Positions 27,255-36,794 of a DNA stretch of 64,000 nucleotides are shown here, piece after piece. The DNA lies in NCBI GenBank assembly GCA_038215155.1, contig JBBQRF010000002.1, positions 50,712-114,711 on the forward strand, read 5' to 3'. How positions within the stretch are numbered: position 1 is the first letter of the stretch; each line of letters starts with the position of its first letter. The stretch comes from Minisyncoccia bacterium. GTDB taxonomy: Bacteria > Patescibacteriota > Minisyncoccia > Phycocordibacterales > CAJBRS01. The notes under the pieces were generated by a model that was not told where the DNA came from, did no database searches, and saw only the letters and a list, made by a program, of their open reading frames with translations. Made by a program: the position numbers and the translations under genes.

Positions 27255-28028
27255 ATGGCTTATCTTTTTCCCAAAATTAAAAAAGAATATTTAATTCCAA
27301 TTTTTGTTGTGGGAATATTATTGGTTTTTGCCTCTGTAGTTTATGCGGCGGCCACTCAATATCTTTGCCCAGTGAAAACTGGTGGGGATTTTTCTGCTTC
27401 TGGCCATCTTCGTGATTGTTATAAAGCACTCTATGGACAGACAACCATGGTAGGCACTACCACTGCTCCAGTGGCGGAATGGGGAACTTGCGCCAATGTC
27501 ACCAATAATGTGTCGGGAGGAAAAGATCTATTTATCCCGGCTAGTACTAGTGTAGAGTGGCAGCGAGTATATACGACGGATACTGCTATCCGACCAAAAT
27601 CTCTACCAACAGGAATGAGTGTGGCTATTTGTGGGGGTGGTGGGAGCGGAGGATCAAGTTGCAGTCAGACTTTTGAATCCAGTTATTCTTATGTTGCATG
27701 CTTAACCATCAGAACTGCTCCTAGCTGCAAAAGTACTCTAGGCACCCAAGGAAACACAGCTTCAAACCCATATGCTGTAGGGCAACAATACAATGATCAG
27801 CAAATCAGGAATCAAATCCAACAACTATCTTCCTCTATTTGGGGTGCTACCACCAAAGGAAATGCTAGCACCACGCTAACTAGTCGTGGAGGTACTGCAG
27901 GAGGACAGACTTTTACCTACACTAACACCACTGAATTAGATCCCGACTCGATTCCGGGCGCTAAAATTTATAATGATTATACAAGCTTTAGCGGGCCAAC
28001 GGGCGCCGGGGCTTGTCCATTGCCATAA
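27255..28028 (+). CDS. Secreted Cys/Thr/Gly-rich hypothetical protein
   Basis: Signal peptide ending VVYA, CANVTN..GKDLFIP...EW, Gly linker. Confidence 0.7.
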   Translation: MAYLFPKIKKEYLIPIFVVGILLVFASVVYAAATQYLCPVKTGGDFSASGHLRDCYKALYGQTTMVGTTTAPVAEWGTCANVTNNVSGGKDLFIPASTSVEWQRVYTTDTAIRPKSLPTGMSVAICGGGGSGGSSCSQTFESSYSYVACLTIRTAPSCKSTLGTQGNTASNPYAVGQQYNDQQIRNQIQQLSSSIWGATTKGNASTTLTSRGGTAGGQTFTYTNTTELDPDSIPGAKIYNDYTSFSGPTGAGACPLP

Positions 28029-28040
28029 AAATACTGAAGT

Positions 28041-28080
28041 GAAAATACCCCGAGCCGTGAATGCCGCTCGGGGTATTTTC
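28041..28080 (+). terminator. Intrinsic terminator
   Basis: GAAAATACCCCGAGC / GCTCGGGGTATTTTC followed by a T-rich tract. Confidence 0.8.
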
Positions 28081-28104
28081 TTTTATTTGCTATAATTTCA
28101 GTGA

Positions 28105-29844
28105 TTGTACATCAATGAAAAACAACTAAAGGAATTTATTTTAGACTCGGGACTCGTAACCCGCAAAGATTTTGACGCTTCAGAAAAAGACGCTAAAGAA
28201 AAGGAAATTAGCATTGGAGAGATCCTAGTTAATAAAGGAAAAATTAATGAAGATGATTTACGGCGAATTCAGGCATATGTTTTAGGTATTCCTTTTGTGG
28301 ATCTTAAAAATCAAAAAGTGGAATTCGAAATTCTCTCTATGATTCCGGAGCCAATTGCCCGAAATCATAACATCGTCGCTTTCAAGGTTACCCCGACAGA
28401 TCTGGAAGTAGCCATGCTAGATACTGACGATTTAAGTGCCATTGAGTTCATAAAAAAGAAAGTGGGACTTCGGATATTACCCCGGCTGACAAATACCGAA
28501 TCTATGAAGGCAGTTCTTCTTCAATACCAAAAATCACTTAAAGCAGATTTCGGTGATTTAATTCAAAAAGAAGCCAGTGCTTTGAATGCTGCAGGTGAAG
28601 GTCAAAGCGAAGCTGATTTAAAAAAGATTGCTCAAGATTTACCCGTCGTTCGTATAGTGGACACTCTTTTAAAACACGCCATTCTTCAAAACTCTTCCGA
28701 CATTCATATTGAACCACAAGAAAACGAAGTGTTAGTGCGTTATCGAATTGACGGTTTACTTCATGACGCTATGGTCTTGCCAAAAAACGCCGGCGCCAGT
28801 ATCACAGCAAGAATTAAAGTGTTATCCAATTTAAAATTGGATGAAAAACGCCTACCTCAAGATGGTCGTTTCAAAATTGACATGAATAACGAGAAAGTTT
28901 CTTTCCGTGTCTCTATCCTACCGACTTATTACGGAGAGAAAACTGTTATGCGTCTTTTACGAGAAAGTGTTTCTGGCTTTACCCTAGAGAGTTTAGGATT
29001 TCATGGCGCCGCTCTGGAGTTAATTCATGAAGGCACTCAATTGGCGACAGGCATGATCTTGACTACTGGTCCTACTGGTTCGGGAAAGACCACCACTCTG
29101 TATACAATTCTGGATATTTTAAATACTCCTGATGTTAATATTTCTACTATTGAGGATCCGGTTGAATATCAAATGAAGCGAATTAATCAAAGTCAGGTGA
29201 AGCCTGAGATAGGCTTCACCTTCTCTAGCGGTTTGCGCTCATTGGTGCGACAAGACCCCGATATTATTATGGTGGGAGAAATTCGTGACAATGAAACGGC
29301 CTCTCTTGCCATTAACGCTGCATTAACTGGTCACTTAGTGCTTTCTACCCTGCACACTAATAGCGCCGCTGGCGCCATTCCGAGACTTTTAGATATGGGG
29401 TCGGAGCCATTTCTTCTTGTCTCCACTCTCAATATTGTAATTGCTCAACGATTGATTCGCCGACTGACTCCGACAAAAGTAAAATATTTTTTATCGAAAG
29501 ATGAATTTAACAGCATTGCCAAAAAAATTAATTTAGATCGAGTACTGAAAGCTCTGAAAGAAGAAAAAATAGTAGAGGCAAATGCTACTTGGGAAAAAAT
29601 TCCATTTTATAAAGCCGTACCTTCTTCTGAATCAGATGACGGATATAAAAGTCGAGTGGGCATTCACGAAGCCTTAAAAGTTACTGCCACTATTAAAGAT
29701 TTAATTATTAAAGGTGCCACGTCTGCCGCTATTGAAGAGCAAGCAAAGAAGGAGGGAATGCTAACCATGATTGAAGACGGGGTCTTTCAATGTGTTCAAG
29801 GTATTACTACTGTTGAGGAGGTCCTGCGAGTGATAACAGAATAA
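28105..29844 (+). CDS. pilB: Type IV pilus assembly ATPase, GspE/PilB family
   Basis: SDIHIEP, PQDGRF, GPTGSGKTT, TIEDPVEY, RQDPDIIMVGEIRD, GHLVLSTLH. Confidence 0.93.
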   Translation: MYINEKQLKEFILDSGLVTRKDFDASEKDAKEKEISIGEILVNKGKINEDDLRRIQAYVLGIPFVDLKNQKVEFEILSMIPEPIARNHNIVAFKVTPTDLEVAMLDTDDLSAIEFIKKKVGLRILPRLTNTESMKAVLLQYQKSLKADFGDLIQKEASALNAAGEGQSEADLKKIAQDLPVVRIVDTLLKHAILQNSSDIHIEPQENEVLVRYRIDGLLHDAMVLPKNAGASITARIKVLSNLKLDEKRLPQDGRFKIDMNNEKVSFRVSILPTYYGEKTVMRLLRESVSGFTLESLGFHGAALELIHEGTQLATGMILTTGPTGSGKTTTLYTILDILNTPDVNISTIEDPVEYQMKRINQSQVKPEIGFTFSSGLRSLVRQDPDIIMVGEIRDNETASLAINAALTGHLVLSTLHTNSAAGAIPRLLDMGSEPFLLVSTLNIVIAQRLIRRLTPTKVKYFLSKDEFNSIAKKINLDRVLKALKEEKIVEANATWEKIPFYKAVPSSESDDGYKSRVGIHEALKVTATIKDLIIKGATSAAIEEQAKKEGMLTMIEDGVFQCVQGITTVEEVLRVITE

Positions 29845-29845
29845 A

Positions 29846-31060
29846 ATGAAATTTAAATACTCCGCCATAAATAAAGATGGGAAGGTCTATCAAGGCGTGA
29901 AGGAGTCACCTGATAAGTTTACTTTTTACCGGGATCTGAAAAAAGATGGAGAACAGATGCTCTGGGTTAAAGAGCAGAATAGTAAAATTCATTTTACGGA
30001 ACATTTCAATATTAGTTTATTCGGTCGAATTAAAGATCGAGACAAGATTAACTTTGCCCAAAATTTATCTGGTATGTTGCAGGCCGGCCTGCCCCTCTCT
30101 CGAGCCCTTTCAGTGCTCGAGAGGCAGACTAAAAACAAGAATCTGAAGGGAACTTACAAGGCATTAAATGTCGCTATCAGCGAAGGAAAAACCTTTCACC
30201 AAGCGATGTCTGAATTCCCAAAAGTATTTAACACACTTTTTGTTTCGATGGTGAAAGCGGGAGAAGAGGGAGGAAACTTATCTGGTTCTTTAAAACAAAT
30301 TGGTCTTCAAACTGAGAAGACCTATCAAATTAAGAAGAAAGTAAAAGGGGCCATGATGTATCCCGGCATCATTGTGGGTGTGATGATTTTAATTGGAGTA
30401 TTGATGATGATTTATGTGGTGCCAAGTCTCACCGCTACTTTTCAAAGTCTTAATTCTCCGCTTCCCGCTAGCACTAAATTCATCATCGGCTTGAGCAATT
30501 TTCTGAAGAATAACTATATTTTGGCGGCACTGATTGTTCTTGTACTTGGTTTTTCCTTTTATTTCATTGCTAAGACAAAAAAAGGAAAGCGCTCAATTGA
30601 TTTTGTATCACTTCACATTCCCGTCATTTCCTCCATCATAAAGGAAACTAATGCTGCTCGCACCACCCGCACCCTCTCTTCACTCCTTAGTTCCGGGGTG
30701 GATCTTGTTTTGGCCACTCAAATTACAGGAGAAGTAATGCAGAATTCTTATTATAAAGATGTTCTCGACCGCGCAGTAAAATATGTGGAAAAAGGGCAAC
30801 CCTTATCTAGCTTATTTTTAGAGAAAGCAAATCTATACCCCGTTTTTGTGGGCGAAATGATAAGTGTAGGGGAAGAAACGGGACGATTGTCTGACATGTT
30901 GCTTCAAATTGCCGATTTTTATGAAGAAGATGTGGAGCAAAAGACTAAAGATATGTCCACTATCATTGAACCTTTTCTGATGGTATTTATTGGAGTGGCT
31001 GTCGGTTTTTTTGCCATTTCCATGATCACTCCTCTTTATTCGGTGATGAATAATATATGA
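29846..31060 (+). CDS. pilC: Type IV pilus platform protein, GspF/PilC family
   Basis: AGLPL, AGEEGG, AMMYP, VGEETG, IIEP. Confidence 0.93.
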   Translation: MKFKYSAINKDGKVYQGVKESPDKFTFYRDLKKDGEQMLWVKEQNSKIHFTEHFNISLFGRIKDRDKINFAQNLSGMLQAGLPLSRALSVLERQTKNKNLKGTYKALNVAISEGKTFHQAMSEFPKVFNTLFVSMVKAGEEGGNLSGSLKQIGLQTEKTYQIKKKVKGAMMYPGIIVGVMILIGVLMMIYVVPSLTATFQSLNSPLPASTKFIIGLSNFLKNNYILAALIVLVLGFSFYFIAKTKKGKRSIDFVSLHIPVISSIIKETNAARTTRTLSSLLSSGVDLVLATQITGEVMQNSYYKDVLDRAVKYVEKGQPLSSLFLEKANLYPVFVGEMISVGEETGRLSDMLLQIADFYEEDVEQKTKDMSTIIEPFLMVFIGVAVGFFAISMITPLYSVMNNI

Positions 31061-31512
31061 AAAAAGGTTTTACTCTCATCGAGATAATAGTAGCTATTTT
31101 TATTATCTCCGCCTTGGTGGGAATTAGTTTTAGCTCACTCAATAATTTAAATAATTCATCCGCTCTTGATACGGAAACTAACACAATCCTTTCTATGGTT
31201 GAGCGAGCTCGAGCCCGCACCCTTTCTTCGGAGAATGACATCGAATACGGAATTCACTTTGCTTCTACCACGGCCGTTCTATTTGTGGGGAAAACTTATA
31301 CCGTAGGCTCCTCCACTAACGAGACTGAAACGATTAATTCTAAAGTTAAAGTAAACAGTATTAATTTTAGTAGTGGAGTGAAGGATATTTACTTCTATCG
31401 ATTGAGTGGAAAGCCTAGTGCCACAGGTACGGTAGTTTTTAGTTTAGCTTCTAATAGCTTCAGCACTAAAACTCTAACAGTTTACGCCACCGGAATTAGC
31501 GACATAAAATGA
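31057..31512 (+). CDS. Type IV minor pilin (FimU-like)
   Basis: KKG|FTLIE prepilin motif. Confidence 0.88.
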   Translation: MKKGFTLIEIIVAIFIISALVGISFSSLNNLNNSSALDTETNTILSMVERARARTLSSENDIEYGIHFASTTAVLFVGKTYTVGSSTNETETINSKVKVNSINFSSGVKDIYFYRLSGKPSATGTVVFSLASNSFSTKTLTVYATGISDIK

Positions 31513-31997
31513 AAAAAGGATTTTATAAAAAAGGTTTTTCGCTTATAGAAGTTATTGTAGCTAGCTCCATTATTGCTGTTTCTGTAATTAGTATTTTAGC
31601 CGTATACACCACCTTTCTTCGAAATACTTTTGACAACACCGCCTCTCTCCAAGCTTCATATTTAGCTGAAGAAGGAATAGAGGCGGCGAAATCTATGAGA
31701 GATTTTGGCTGGAATCAAAATATTAACCCTTTGACCGTCGGCACTAATTACTATCCATATTTTAATACTGGAGCAAATAAATGGCAGGCTACCTCAAGCT
31801 CCAGTACCATAGACGCGACTTTTACCCGTACTTTTAAAGTGGATAATGCCTATCGAGATGCCAGTGATAATTTAGTTACTTCCGGAACGCTTGATTCCAA
31901 TAGCCGCCTACTAACGGTCAATGTTACTTGGGTTCAGGGCACTAGCACAAAAACTAAAACGCTTCAAACTTATCTCACTAATTTATACAATAATTAA
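31509..31997 (+). CDS. Type IV minor pilin (PilV-like)
   Basis: KKG|FSLIE motif, A.YLAEEGIE, VNVTW. Confidence 0.88.
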   Translation: MKKGFYKKGFSLIEVIVASSIIAVSVISILAVYTTFLRNTFDNTASLQASYLAEEGIEAAKSMRDFGWNQNINPLTVGTNYYPYFNTGANKWQATSSSSTIDATFTRTFKVDNAYRDASDNLVTSGTLDSNSRLLTVNVTWVQGTSTKTKTLQTYLTNLYNN

Positions 31998-32000
31998 TTT

Positions 32001-32516
32001 ATGCAGAGCCGGTCCACAACAAAAGGGTTTTCTTTAATAGAGATGTTAGTTTACGTTGCCCTACTTAGCATTTTGCTTTTAGTAGTTATTAATAGTGTTA
32101 TTCTAATTATAAACTCATATAGAAATATTAAGACAACGGAAGTGTTGGAAAATGCCGGGTTAACCGCTATGGATAGATTAGAAGCAGAGATTCGAAATGC
32201 AAAAAGCATCGACGCGACAAATAGCGTATTTAATTCAAGTGGCACATCTAGTATTTTGACTCTTAATACTTCCACCACTACGCCAGCGAAGGTGAAATTT
32301 TATGCTACCTCCACTACTTTGGCGGTGGACGAAGACGGAGTATATAGTGGGCCGCTCATTTCCTCCAATGCTCGCCTAAAAACCCTGAGTCTCTGGCTCA
32401 TCAGTACCTCTACTTCACAAGCGGTAAAAATAGAGCTGGAAGTTGAAAGTGGAGTAGGTCCTTCTTATAAATCAGCGAAGTTTTATGACACAGCCATTTT
32501 AAGAGGAAGTTATTAA
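32001..32516 (+). CDS. Type IV minor pilin (PilW-like)
   Basis: TKG|FSLIEML motif, EIRNA. Confidence 0.88.
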   Translation: MQSRSTTKGFSLIEMLVYVALLSILLLVVINSVILIINSYRNIKTTEVLENAGLTAMDRLEAEIRNAKSIDATNSVFNSSGTSSILTLNTSTTTPAKVKFYATSTTLAVDEDGVYSGPLISSNARLKTLSLWLISTSTSQAVKIELEVESGVGPSYKSAKFYDTAILRGSY

Positions 32517-32520
32517 AATT

Positions 32521-34431
32521 ATGAAATTCATAAAGTCTATAAAGTCTATAAAGTCTATAAAGTCTATAAAGTCTATAAAGAATGGGTATTTTCAGTTTGG
32601 GAAAATAATGACATTACGGACGTTAAAACCTTACGGACGATACAATCAAAATGGCGGACAAGCTATGCTTATTGCGGTGATTTTCTTCTTATTTATTAGC
32701 CTTACTATTATTCTCGGCATTACAGTCCCTGTAGTAAATCACATTAAAGAAGTCACTCTATCGAGCAACTCTAAACAAAGTTATGTTCTTGCTGAAGCAC
32801 TTAATGAGGACGCTTACTATCGACTCAATCACAATAAAAATCTCTCTAGCACTTTCAGTCTTTCTTTAAATGGCGCCTCTTCTACCGCCACTGTCACCAC
32901 TAGCGGCCCCAATAAACAAGTTTTCTCTGTAGGATTGGATAATAAAATTAGTCGCTCCGTCAGTACTACTTTTAATCAAGGAGCAGGAGTTTCTTTTAAT
33001 TACGGAGTCCAGGCAGGACAGGGAGGATTCATTTTAAATGGTGGATCCAGAGTAAATGGAAATGTTTATGCAAATGGAGACATCGTAGCCACGAACGGAG
33101 TAGTTATTACCGGCTCTGCTGTCGCCGCTAATAGTGTGGCTCTCTCAGCCGATCAGGTTAATAATTCTCCGAGCACTCCATCAAGCTCCATAAATTTTCG
33201 TGATTCTGCTACCACTCAGGACCTTGCACAGAGTTTTCAAGTTTCCACTTCCACTCCGATCAATAAAGTTCAATTTTATTTGAAGAAAACAGGAAGCCCC
33301 GCTGATGCCACGGTTAAAATTGTCAGTGATAGCAGTGGTTCACCTTCTACCAACGATTTATTTCTCTTGGCGCCTAGTGGCAGCGACGGCACTCTCTTAA
33401 GTTCTCAAGTTGGAACTACTTATACTTGGGTAAATGTAGTTTTTCCCACAAACATTTCTCTTACGGCCGGCACTACGTATTGGTTAGTAATTGATAATGG
33501 TGCTAATAACGCTAGTAATTACTACACTATAGGAGCAAACAGTAATGGCTATGCAAATGGAGTAGGGAGGAATGGAAAATACAGCGGCACTTGGAATGCC
33601 TCAAGCGGACTAGATGCCTACTTTCAGATTTATTTAGGAGGATTGACTTCTACTATTGGTGGAAACACTTATGTGGGAGGAGTGAATGTAGGTACCGGTT
33701 CGGTGGGCGACGCCTGGGCCCATGATGTAGAAGGAGCCAGTGTGGCTGGCACTATTTATTGCCAAATAGGTAATCATAATAATAAAACTTGCGATACCTC
33801 TCGAGGAGACCCCTCTCCAGTAGGCCTTCCTGTTTCAGATGCCAATATTCTCCAATGGAAAACAGATGCGGCCGGCGGCACCATTATTAATGGAAATGTC
33901 ACCATTGGCTTTGCTGGAACGACGACTGGTCCTACAAAAATTAATGGCAATCTTACTATTAACGGCGGAGGCACTCTTACTTTGACAGGAGGGGTGTGGG
34001 TAACAGGAAATATCACTGTCTCCAATGGCGCTAAGGTCACCCTATCTCCATCATATGGAGCAAGCAGTGGAATTTTACTCTCCGATGGATGGATAAATTT
34101 AACCGGAGGGGGAGCGTTGAGCGGTTCGGGCACCACGGGCAGTTATTTAATGGTTCTTACGACTAGCGCCTGTCCCAACAGCGGCAATTGTAGTGGCTCC
34201 CCGAGCAATAACGCCCTCACAGTTACTGGGGGTGCGGGAGCGGTGGTAGTAAATGCTCAGAATGGCACCCTGGAACTTAGTGGAGGTTCAGGTCTCAAAG
34301 AAGCCACAGCCAATCTAATTGTAGATACTGGGGGAGCCACCCTCACTTACGATAGCGGTCTAGCTAATCAGAATTTTGTTAGCGGTCCATCTGGAGCTTG
34401 GAATGTAGCAAGTTGGCAGGAGGTGCCGTAG
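32521..34431 (+). CDS. Large PilX-like minor pilin/adhesin with Gly-rich beta-helix-like C-terminus
   Basis: NGG|QAMLIAVI lacking Glu5, SYVLAE, ends SWQE; N-terminal leader contains IKS repeats. Confidence 0.75.
   Translation: MKFIKSIKSIKSIKSIKSIKNGYFQFGKIMTLRTLKPYGRYNQNGGQAMLIAVIFFLFISLTIILGITVPVVNHIKEVTLSSNSKQSYVLAEALNEDAYYRLNHNKNLSSTFSLSLNGASSTATVTTSGPNKQVFSVGLDNKISRSVSTTFNQGAGVSFNYGVQAGQGGFILNGGSRVNGNVYANGDIVATNGVVITGSAVAANSVALSADQVNNSPSTPSSSINFRDSATTQDLAQSFQVSTSTPINKVQFYLKKTGSPADATVKIVSDSSGSPSTNDLFLLAPSGSDGTLLSSQVGTTYTWVNVVFPTNISLTAGTTYWLVIDNGANNASNYYTIGANSNGYANGVGRNGKYSGTWNASSGLDAYFQIYLGGLTSTIGGNTYVGGVNVGTGSVGDAWAHDVEGASVAGTIYCQIGNHNNKTCDTSRGDPSPVGLPVSDANILQWKTDAAGGTIINGNVTIGFAGTTTGPTKINGNLTINGGGTLTLTGGVWVTGNITVSNGAKVTLSPSYGASSGILLSDGWINLTGGGALSGSGTTGSYLMVLTTSACPNSGNCSGSPSNNALTVTGGAGAVVVNAQNGTLELSGGSGLKEATANLIVDTGGATLTYDSGLANQNFVSGPSGAWNVASWQEVP
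32530..32643. repeat. 9-nt-periodic palindrome inside the pilin leader coding region
   Basis: (ATAAAGTCT)x5 + ATAAAG, central TATTTTC/GAAAATA hairpin, right arm GACATTACG GACGTTAA AACCTTACG. Confidence 0.85.
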
Positions 34432-34472
34432 GGCTGACTTCCTGTGTTATAATTTAGCTCTTAAATATTTCT

Positions 34473-35228
34473 ATGGCGCGCCGCAAAAAAATCATTGTCG
34501 GAAATTGGAAGATGAATCCAGTTTCTTTGCGCGAAGCAGTGAAAATTTTTAGTAACATTAAAAAAACTGCCAACCGTCTTGATACAGAAATTGTTATTTG
34601 TCCTCCGTTTATATATTTAAACGATCTTACTCAGGGGCGATTAAAATTGGGAGCACAAGACGTCTCCGCAGAGAACAAGGGCTCTCATACTGGAGAAGTA
34701 AGTGCCGAAATGCTTTTTAAAAACAATGTTAAGTATGTGATTGTCGGTCATTCGGAGAGAAGAGCCAAAGGAGAAACCGATGAATTAATTAATAAGAAAA
34801 TTGAACAGGCACTTTCTTTTGGATTAAAAATTATTCTCTGTATTGGAGAGTCACAACGAGACGAAGGAGGAGAATATTTAACTTTTTTGAAAGACCAACT
34901 AAAAAATTGTTTACGGCGGATTAACCGCAAATACCTACGTAATATAGTTGTGGCATACGAACCACTTTTTACTATTGGGCGCCGGGATTTTGACGCCATG
35001 TCTCCTCATGATATTCATCAGATAGTAATTCTCATTCGCCGCAGCTTAATTGATCATTTCAATGATCCGGTTGCCGGAAAGGTGCCGATTTTATATGGAG
35101 GGTCTGTCAGTGTGGAAAATGCTGTGGAAATTGTTAGTGGAGGAGAAGTTAACGGTTTGTTAATTGGCCGACAGAGTCTACTGCCCACACAATTTGCCGA
35201 AATTATTAGAAAAGTAGCACGAATATGA
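34473..35228 (+). CDS. tpiA: Triosephosphate isomerase
   Basis: GNWKMN, GHSERR, AYEP, LYGGSV. Confidence 0.95.
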   Translation: MARRKKIIVGNWKMNPVSLREAVKIFSNIKKTANRLDTEIVICPPFIYLNDLTQGRLKLGAQDVSAENKGSHTGEVSAEMLFKNNVKYVIVGHSERRAKGETDELINKKIEQALSFGLKIILCIGESQRDEGGEYLTFLKDQLKNCLRRINRKYLRNIVVAYEPLFTIGRRDFDAMSPHDIHQIVILIRRSLIDHFNDPVAGKVPILYGGSVSVENAVEIVSGGEVNGLLIGRQSLLPTQFAEIIRKVARI

Positions 35229-36358
35229 TATCAGGGATTAAGGGACTGAAAGAAGCTGGAGAATTAAAAGGAAAGAAAGTTATTGCCCGACTTGATCTAA
35301 ATGTGCCCATTGAGGATGGGCGGATTACAGATGACTTTCGTATTTTAAAATTGCTGCCTACCTTAGAATATTTGCGTCAAGAAGGCGCTATCTCCCTAGT
35401 TATTAGTCATCTAGATGCCAAGGATGAATCAATGAAGACAGTGGCTGATTATTTAGAGAAGAGATTTCCAGTGATTTTTATTACTGATATCTTGGGCGAC
35501 GAGGCGAAGAGTAGAATTGCTGAGGCAAGAGATGGGGAGGTGATCTTATTTGAAAATATTAGAAAATATCCCGAAGAAGAGAAAAATGACCGGCAATTTG
35601 CAGAGCAAATTGCCTCTCTCGGCGATCTTTATCTTAATGAAGCTTTTCCAGTTTCTCATCGGGAGCATGCTTCAGTTGTGGGTATTCCACAATTCTTACC
35701 TCACTATGCGGGATTCCAACTAGAAAAAGAAATTGAAGAGCTTTCAAAAAGTGATAACCCCGAACATCCTTTTTTATTTATTTTAGGTGGTGCTAAATTC
35801 GACACTAAGTTGCCTTTAATTGAGAAATTCTTAAATAAGGCCGACTATTGTTTTGTGGCCGGAGCTTTATCTAATGATTTTTTTCGCGCCAAGGGCTGGG
35901 ATGTAGGAACTTCTCTTGTTGATAACACTGACTTCGATCGAAGCCTATTAGAAAATTCAAAGCTAATTCTACCGGAGGAAGTTTTAGTGAAAAGTAGTCA
36001 AGGAATTTTAGCTAAATCCCCCGCAGAATTAAATCCTGACGATAAAATCGTGGATGCGGGTCCAGCCACTATTGCGAAGTTACAAAAGTTAATTCAGAAA
36101 TCTAAAATGATCCTTTGGAATGGTCCACTTGGTTATTATGAAGATGGATTTGATCAACCGACTAAAGATTTGGCGGGGATGATTGCTGAGCGAACAAAAG
36201 AAGGCGCCGCCGTCTCTATCATTGGCGGCGGCGACACTGTCGCCGCCATAGAGTCGCTCGGTTTAGAGAATCAATTTACTTTTGTCTCAACCGGAGGCGG
36301 AGCAATGCTAGATTTTCTACTTTGCGACACCTTGCCGGGCATTGAAGCGCTTAAGTAA
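35225..36358 (+). CDS. pgk: Phosphoglycerate kinase
   Basis: RLDLNVP, LGGAK, WNGPLG, GGGDT, STGGGA. Confidence 0.95.
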   Translation: MISGIKGLKEAGELKGKKVIARLDLNVPIEDGRITDDFRILKLLPTLEYLRQEGAISLVISHLDAKDESMKTVADYLEKRFPVIFITDILGDEAKSRIAEARDGEVILFENIRKYPEEEKNDRQFAEQIASLGDLYLNEAFPVSHREHASVVGIPQFLPHYAGFQLEKEIEELSKSDNPEHPFLFILGGAKFDTKLPLIEKFLNKADYCFVAGALSNDFFRAKGWDVGTSLVDNTDFDRSLLENSKLILPEEVLVKSSQGILAKSPAELNPDDKIVDAGPATIAKLQKLIQKSKMILWNGPLGYYEDGFDQPTKDLAGMIAERTKEGAAVSIIGGGDTVAAIESLGLENQFTFVSTGGGAMLDFLLCDTLPGIEALK

Positions 36359-36764
36359 TCTCTTTTCTAATTTTCTCTGCCACTTCTTTCATTTCCCCTT
36401 CTTTGTATTGAACGTGACGCCCAAAATGAAAGTCTTTATCATTAATTAATCGAGGGATAATATGAATGTGAGCATGATAAACCAATTGTCCTGCGCCGGC
36501 TTCATTATTCATAACTAAATTAATACCATCTGCATCTAGCCCATGCTTTAGTGCCGTAGCCACCTTTTTAACCGAGATCATTAATCGACAGAGTTCTTCG
36601 TCGGGGAGAGTGTATAAATTTTCAAAATGATCCTTAGGAATAACTAGAGCATGGCCGGATGAACTAGGCTTAATATCTAAAAAACTAAAGGAATAGTCAT
36701 CCTCGTAGATTTTTTCTGAAGGGATTTCTCCTTTTATGATTTTGCAAAAAATGCAGTCTTCCAT
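36351..36764 (-). CDS. HIT family protein
   Basis: DCIFCKI and the HAHIH triad. Confidence 0.93.
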   Translation of the reverse strand: MEDCIFCKIIKGEIPSEKIYEDDYSFSFLDIKPSSSGHALVIPKDHFENLYTLPDEELCRLMISVKKVATALKHGLDADGINLVMNNEAGAGQLVYHAHIHIIPRLINDKDFHFGRHVQYKEGEMKEVAEKIRKEIT

Positions 36765-36794
36765 GCTGAAAGTATATGTTAGAATAGTCCCAAA

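Noticed and set aside
32530-32580. Tandem repeats as a CRISPR array
   Set aside because: The units are 9 nt with no unique spacers, and no cas genes are in the window.
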